From contig CAVWVI010000003.1 in NCBI GenBank assembly GCA_963758495.1, positions 608,001-672,000 of the forward strand: DNA of 64,000 nucleotides, written 5' to 3'. Source of the DNA: Oligoflexia bacterium (GTDB lineage Bacteria > Bdellovibrionota > UBA1018). Below are positions 58,730 to 64,000 of this stretch, piece by piece. The notes under the pieces are model-generated. The model saw only the letters and a list, made by a program, of their open reading frames with translations. It was not told where the DNA came from and did not search any database. Every line of letters starts with the position of its first letter. Within the stretch, counting starts at the first letter, position 1. Made by a program: the position numbers and the translations under genes.

Positions 58730-59230
58730 ATGAGTAAAAAATATATACCTATATTTCTGTTAGTTTGTCTCATCTTCTTATTGAACTTCCTAGGGTGTTC
58801 AAATCATACTTTTAAAGACGCTGCACCCACTATTGGCGATCAAAAAACTAAACAGGAAGACATTTCCCTTACTCCGTCATCTTCTACCGCTCTACTAGAA
58901 CAGAACAAGAAAGAAATTGAAGCTCAAATTACAATTCAAGGTTCTTGCGTTATCATGAGACCACCCAGTCCTGACGAATCTCAACTGATGCCATGTAATA
59001 AGTCTGCCTTGCAACTGGTCTATCAGAAAAACCAGCAACTTATTATTACAGTGATCCGTACTCAAGAAGATGGAAAATTCGCAATTGTAATACCAAAGAC
59101 TTCACCTTGGAAGCTCACTTCAGCTACGACAAATTGGCAAGCAGAAGTGGAATTGCTAGGCAATCATAATGGCAGTAATAAAGTGATTGTTATTCTCAAG
59201 CCTGAGAAGGTTTTAAAAATAATAAAGTAG
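58730..59230 (+). CDS. Hypothetical lipoprotein
   Basis: Lipobox FLGC. Confidence 0.7.
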   Translation: MSKKYIPIFLLVCLIFLLNFLGCSNHTFKDAAPTIGDQKTKQEDISLTPSSSTALLEQNKKEIEAQITIQGSCVIMRPPSPDESQLMPCNKSALQLVYQKNQQLIITVIRTQEDGKFAIVIPKTSPWKLTSATTNWQAEVELLGNHNGSNKVIVILKPEKVLKIIK

Positions 59231-59377
59231 CTCTTCACTTCATACATCCAAGGGTCTTATTCAGGGAGTATCCTATCGGCACTGCTGGATCATCTGGCGA
59301 GCTGATGGTTACAGCTATTCACTTATAGCGTAAAAAGAAAAGAGGAGTGGGAATCAGGGGCTCGCTACGCGTCCTGT

Positions 59378-59415
59378 GCTATCCATCCTCGCCTGAAGGC
59401 CGAGGTTTCCCGCGC
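59378..59415 (+). mobile_element. Possible IS200/IS605-family end remnant
   Basis: CTATCCATCCTCGCCTGAAGGCCGAGGTTTCCCGCGC hairpin resembling subterminal palindromes of that family. Confidence 0.4.
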
Positions 59416-59437
59416 ATAAACGATGAAACCTAAGTCC

Positions 59438-59513
59438 ATAAACATTAAATCGAGCTCTGTTGCAGCGTAAAGATTCCGTCTTTCGCTACTACAGAGCTCG
59501 ATTTAATGCTTAC
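59438..59513 (+). repeat. Divergent relative of the palindromic MITE family
   Basis: Stem CATTAAATCGAGCTCTGT / ACAGAGCTCGATTTAATG, loop GTAAAGATT, end TGCTTAC. Confidence 0.65.
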
Positions 59514-59535
59514 GCTGTATTTTCACTTCTAAAAA

Positions 59536-61110
59536 TTATATCCCTAATACACCACAACCTAAACCTGTACAGCTGGGGGTAGGGCTAGCTGAGGGTACTG
59601 GTGTTGGCGTTGGTGTTGGTGTTGGTGTTGGTGTTGGTGTTGGCGTTGGTGTTGGTGTTGGTGTTGGTGTTGGTGTTGGTGTTGGTGTTGGTGTTGGTGT
59701 TGGTGTTGGTGTTGGTGTTGGCGTTGGTGTTGGTGTTGGTGTTGGTGTTGGTGTTGGTGTTGGTGTTGGTGTTGGTGTTGGTGTTGGTGTTGGTGTTGGT
59801 GTTGGTGTTGGTGTTGGTGTTGGTGTTGGTGTTGGTGTTGGTGTTGGTGTTGGTGTTGGTGTTGGTGTTGGTGTTGGTGTTGGTGTTGGTGTTGGTGTTG
59901 GTGTTGGTGTTGGTGTTGGCGTTGGTGTTGGTGTTGGTGTTGGTGTTGGTGTTGGTGTTGGTGTTGGTGTTGGTGTTGGCGTTGGTGTTGGCGTTGGTGT
60001 TGGTGTTGGTGTTGGCGTTGGCGTTGGTGTAGTACCTGCCTTTACACAATAATTGACGTCTATTAAATCTGACGACCCTAAAAAAGAATCCTGTACTGTT
60101 ATTTGATTCAAACTTGCGTTGAAAGTAAACTCAACGCTTGAGTCATTGCTTATAGATACTTTCAATGAATCTGGATCTATCCCAGAATGTGCAAGGGTAT
60201 AAATAGAAGAATTTTCTGTCAATTGATTTGCAATGAGATCTCCTATCTTAACCAAGGCATCATCCCAGCTAGACTGGTTCATATCCACATAATGACCTTT
60301 GCATAATTGAATTAAAGATAAAAAACTGTTTGGTTCATTTGATGAATTACTCGCACCACCGTTAAACCAAGAGTAATCCCAAAAGTGAGAAAACCCTTTA
60401 AAGAAAATTCCAGTCGCGATGACTAAACCGCTTACATTGAGTGCATCTATTTTATCTTGAAGCCAAGTAGGGATTTTCGATTGATCGTCTTGACTACATC
60501 TATGTCCTTTTTCAGATAAAAGAATAACAGCAAGTTTCGAACCCACTCTGAAAAATAAGGAGGGACTCATTGGATTCAATTGACCTGATTCGAGCTTGTA
60601 AACGAGAAACCCATCTTGAGAGGACTTTTGATACCCATTACGATCATCTTCTTGATGTGTATCAAATGTTAAATTCCTTCTTTCCGAATTCCCTATATCT
60701 TTGTCGTTATCAGAATGGGCATGGTCGCGTCCACAACCGAAATCGTCATGATGATCATCGTCCCGATCCCAACCTTCATGATCACCTCTATGTTTATGGT
60801 GCACCTGAACAAACCCTACTTCATAGTCGACTCCAGCAGGTAATTGACTAGTCAGTGAGTTGAGATCTTGTAGAACCTCTTTTTCTTGCATTTGAAGCGA
60901 CTGATAAGACTCTACAACAAAGAGCAAATCCAGCTTGGTTCCGATAAGAGTAGGATTGAACTGCTCTTGGTAGCAATTGCGACTAGAATTCACATTGCAT
61001 GTAGCATTGGGATTTTGAGAAACTGAAGGCAATACATTTTGACTTCCCGTCAACATTAAAACAAGAATCCAAGATAGAATTTTATTTTGAAGTCTTAAAA
61101 AAGATTTCAT
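59536..61110 (-). CDS. Secreted VWA-like protein with His/Asp-rich insert and (PT)n tail
   Basis: [10 protein letters not shown] (degenerate MIDAS strand), [15 protein letters not shown]; long PT repeat; C-terminal [11 protein letters not shown]. Confidence 0.7.
   Translation of the reverse strand: MKSFLRLQNKILSWILVLMLTGSQNVLPSVSQNPNATCNVNSSRNCYQEQFNPTLIGTKLDLLFVVESYQSLQMQEKEVLQDLNSLTSQLPAGVDYEVGFVQVHHKHRGDHEGWDRDDDHHDDFGCGRDHAHSDNDKDIGNSERRNLTFDTHQEDDRNGYQKSSQDGFLVYKLESGQLNPMSPSLFFRVGSKLAVILLSEKGHRCSQDDQSKIPTWLQDKIDALNVSGLVIATGIFFKGFSHFWDYSWFNGGASNSSNEPNSFLSLIQLCKGHYVDMNQSSWDDALVKIGDLIANQLTENSSIYTLAHSGIDPDSLKVSISNDSSVEFTFNASLNQITVQDSFLGSSDLIDVNYCVKAGTTPTPTPTPTPTPTPTPTPTPTPTPTPTPTPTPTPTPTPTPTPTPTPTPTPTPTPTPTPTPTPTPTPTPTPTPTPTPTPTPTPTPTPTPTPTPTPTPTPTPTPTPTPTPTPTPTPTPTPTPTPTPTPTPTPTPTPTPTPTPTPTPVPSASPTPSCTGLGCGVLGI
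59599..60030. repeat. Hexamer tandem repeat encoding (Pro-Thr)n, about 72 units
   Basis: (TGGYGT)n, mostly TGGTGT. Confidence 0.95.
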
Positions 61111-61234
61111 AATACCTCCAAACTCGTCTAATATTTATATACTCATACTGTATATTAATATTTCAAACACAGACATGAAAATATTACCAAGGAACTCTTG
61201 CCAATTTAATAAACTGTTAATATAAATTAATGTA

Positions 61235-61732
61235 CTAATCTTTGAATTTTGGGAATTTAGGAACTGATGACCATCTTAATTGATAATGCCACAAGCGAGC
61301 AGCATAGTTAACACCTATTACTGATGCATGAGTTGATGTACTTTGTTTAGAAGCACCATCATATAGATTAAGATCAACAACACTTCGAATGACAAACTTA
61401 AGTCCATCCTCTTTTTGATGAGAGATCAAAGTACACCCACTCTCAGTGGGACACTGTATCTTTCCACTCACTAGGGAAAATCGATCGAAACAAACGGCTT
61501 GTATAAGCTCCCAGTTTACAACTTTACCGTTCCCCTTGGCGTCAGCATAGAAAACTGTACCCGGAGGATGAGGAGGAAGTTCAATGGGTTTCCAGATTTG
61601 ATTTTTTGATTCCCAGATCCACGTAAAATCTGAAATCTTTCCAGAAGTATGCATTTGGTCATACTCTTCAGAAGTAAAGGGGCCATAAGATTTTCCAAAT
61701 TTACCAAGAAATATCTCGCTTTTTTCAATCAT
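61235..61732 (-). CDS. GYF_2/DUF4339-like domain protein
   Basis: YGPFTSEE...G.I...TWIW......WKP. Confidence 0.65.
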   Translation of the reverse strand: MIEKSEIFLGKFGKSYGPFTSEEYDQMHTSGKISDFTWIWESKNQIWKPIELPPHPPGTVFYADAKGNGKVVNWELIQAVCFDRFSLVSGKIQCPTESGCTLISHQKEDGLKFVIRSVVDLNLYDGASKQSTSTHASVIGVNYAARLWHYQLRWSSVPKFPKFKD

Positions 61733-61744
61733 AACATCCCCTAT

Positions 61745-63619
61745 TCATTGTATAGATGCATCTTTCTCTACTGCAAGATACTTATCTTTACTTTCACAGT
61801 TATCATAAATATCCGCAGCAAGAGATCCAATTTCATCTTCCCAAATCTCACTTCTTCCATCTAGCCCGCCTTGAGTTTTTCCCCAATTCCAAACTTTTTC
61901 TGCCGGGGCCTGACTTCCAGTTTGCTTCATTTTTTTTGCAGCTTCTTTAAAATCAGGGTGAGCATTTTGCCAAATAATATCTTCACTTGCTCCGTTGAAT
62001 ATTTCTACTTCAATCAATTCATTATTTTCAGCTATTTCCTCCAACTGAGCATACATTCGTTGATTAAGCTGATTAATTTCTCTATTTATTTCAGCAACCG
62101 CTGCCCTTTGAATATGTAGAACTCTACCCATATGAGCAGATAACATTTTTCTCCAAAGAGGAGCAGCACTCTTCATATGCTGAAAATGAATCAATTCTTG
62201 CTTCAGTATGTTCATTTGAGAAATTAAATCTTCCGATAGTTTCTCATTAGGTCGACCATTAATCTTCACCCGCTTAAACTTTTCATTTAATTTACGAACA
62301 TCTGCTAGTAACTTCAAGAGCATCAATCTTTGCTCATTCTTCCCTTCTTGACTCAGCTGATTAGCGAGCCCATTTTCTTTGAAAATTAAATTGATTTGCT
62401 CCTGATTGGCAAGAAATACAGAGGACCGAATCCATTCACTCGCTATGGGTGCTGGAACTTGAGCACTTGCAAGCCCTTTTGCAAAATCAACGGCCCGATG
62501 ATAATGATCAACTTGTAATTTTGGATCACTTAACGAGTCATTTTTTAACCAAAAATAGGAGTCTTTAAAATTTCTTCTAAATGATTGAATCACACTCATT
62601 GCATCAGGAAAACGGCACATCTCGTTTAATGCCATAGCCATGACCATAAGGGCCTCAGGAGCAAAAGTTTGCTTCAGCGCTCCCGACTGTAGGCCAATAG
62701 CAGTTCCAATTGCCTCCCGGTATCTTTGCATCATTAAAAATGACCACGAGAGTTCAGATAATCCATGCACTCTTTCATTAGAACGCATCCCAATAGATTG
62801 ATAGTGCTGAACCGCATCCTGATATCGTTCGAGCGCGTATGCCGCCCTTCCATAAAGCAGGTGAGCGCGATCCATAAAAGATTTAAATAGATCATTTCCT
62901 TTAGCATTTAAAAAGAATGAGTCCAAATCCTTCAATGCTTCTGTGTATCGACTTTGCGATATATGAAGGACTGCTAAACTAAAATTCTCATAAGCGCCAG
63001 AGCCATTGAGTAAATCCAAAATTTCAGGGGTATTATGTGAACCATCTAAAGCAAGGTACATCGCAGCTTCCCAAATACTAGATTTCAGGATTTTAGAATT
63101 TGAAGATAGATTCGAAATGGCTGAATTGAGTTCAATAATCCTGGGTATTAAATTTGCGTCAATTAGAATTCCTGAATACTTTCTATGAATAAATGATAAA
63201 CACCCAAGAGCTGCTAATTGAAAAGGCGCCGTATCAGAAATTACCTCACTTTTTAAAAGTGCGCTAAATCCCTTTTCCGCTAAATGCACCAAACCAGCAG
63301 AGAAAAGGACCCGAGACATCCAGTACTCAGAGAAAGCTCGCTCTCGATCACTCTTTGCAAGTTTTCGTAAAGCCAAAGCTTCAGAAAAACCTCGAACTTT
63401 AGAGCTCTTCCTTAAGGCAGAGCTTTCAAACTCCTGAACCCAAATTGAACCTTTTAAACTATCATTATCAGGCCACGACCATCGCTCTGACGGAGTACAT
63501 GTCTCCTCACTATAAACCGATGAAATTTGACTTTTAGATGGAAGTTCTGCAGCACCTACCATCCGAGTCGCAGTCAAAAAACAAAAAATAAAATAACCAA
63601 CGGTTTTATTTTTAAACAT
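61745..63619 (-). CDS. Secreted tetratricopeptide-repeat protein
   Basis: Signal peptide; TPR-like helices; C-terminal W.W....EIWEDEIG motif. Confidence 0.75.
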   Translation of the reverse strand: MFKNKTVGYFIFCFLTATRMVGAAELPSKSQISSVYSEETCTPSERWSWPDNDSLKGSIWVQEFESSALRKSSKVRGFSEALALRKLAKSDRERAFSEYWMSRVLFSAGLVHLAEKGFSALLKSEVISDTAPFQLAALGCLSFIHRKYSGILIDANLIPRIIELNSAISNLSSNSKILKSSIWEAAMYLALDGSHNTPEILDLLNGSGAYENFSLAVLHISQSRYTEALKDLDSFFLNAKGNDLFKSFMDRAHLLYGRAAYALERYQDAVQHYQSIGMRSNERVHGLSELSWSFLMMQRYREAIGTAIGLQSGALKQTFAPEALMVMAMALNEMCRFPDAMSVIQSFRRNFKDSYFWLKNDSLSDPKLQVDHYHRAVDFAKGLASAQVPAPIASEWIRSSVFLANQEQINLIFKENGLANQLSQEGKNEQRLMLLKLLADVRKLNEKFKRVKINGRPNEKLSEDLISQMNILKQELIHFQHMKSAAPLWRKMLSAHMGRVLHIQRAAVAEINREINQLNQRMYAQLEEIAENNELIEVEIFNGASEDIIWQNAHPDFKEAAKKMKQTGSQAPAEKVWNWGKTQGGLDGRSEIWEDEIGSLAADIYDNCESKDKYLAVEKDASIQ

Positions 63620-63621
63620 AA

Positions 63622-64000
63622 TTATTTCCCGAAAGGCATAAAGCTAATTCCGAGAGTAACCACATTATTAAAATTGTTACGATCACCGCGGGATTGTCCA
63701 AGTATTGCTGGAATCACCTGTTCGATTATCGTCTCCCGATAGTACATTAAATTGTAATCCAAGCGGATGGATAGAAACTTGTTTAAATAAAACCGTTGTC
63801 CAAATCCAACAGAAGGGGTCATGTCATTTCCAGACCCTGTATTGGTCATTCCATATCCCCCTAAAAAATAAAAATCATAATAAATAATAGATTTTCCTAA
63901 CACACTCAATTTTCCATAAAAAATACTTCCCATTCCTTCCAAACCCACATAGTAATTAGGAATATTTGTATTTACAGTTGCTCCTTGCACAGCCTGGAAA
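63622..64000 (-). CDS. Outer-membrane beta-barrel domain protein (5' end outside window)
   Basis: FYGKLSVLGKSIIYYDFYFLGGYG...GFGQRFY...LGISF. Confidence 0.75.
   Translation of the reverse strand, partial: FQAVQGATVNTNIPNYYVGLEGMGSIFYGKLSVLGKSIIYYDFYFLGGYGMTNTGSGNDMTPSVGFGQRFYLNKFLSIRLDYNLMYYRETIIEQVIPAILGQSRGDRNNFNNVVTLGISFMPFGK

Noticed and set aside
59585..60049. Poly-NT and poly-LV ORFs
   Set aside because: Shadow frames of the PT microsatellite

Overview
Bacterial chromosomal window; gene content (OM beta-barrel + TPR + GYF_2 cluster, VWA-like secreted proteins, DksA-Lon) suggests Bdellovibrionota/Oligoflexia (inference). 1-6.4 kb is an element integrated at the 3' end of tRNA-Ala(UGC), bracketed by a 10-bp core repeat (AAATGGTGGA at 95-104 and 6346-6355). 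It carries a large serine recombinase split by three frameshifts, whose C-terminus runs across the att site, plus two stand-alone recombinase-domain ORFs, an XRE-nuclease regulator and an M28 peptidase-ankyrin cargo gene. 6.5-41 kb is mostly housekeeping (ymdB-rny-5-FTHF cyclo-ligase, thiolase, psuG, ppx, asmA, gatCAB, pcrA/uvrD, ClC, glmU-glmS, dksA, lon, CNNM pair, cheY-like, HU, cyclophilin, ALDH). 42.9-47.3 kb is a decayed accessory patch around tRNA-Thr(CGU) (orphan VapC, tyrosine-recombinase-like gene, HEPN fragment, Fic). 47-64 kb holds a GH81 glucanase and secreted proteins with long Pro-Thr microsatellites. A family of ~100-bp palindromic MITE-like elements (GTAAG...CTTAC ends, 7-8 bp target duplications) is dispersed through the window: one is nested in another, one is inserted in frame in a protein, and one supplies a stop codon. 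An unannotated frame at 12.7-13.1 kb encodes an acidic/WH2-like/C-helix actin-nucleator-like motif. All calls are by eye, without database searches.
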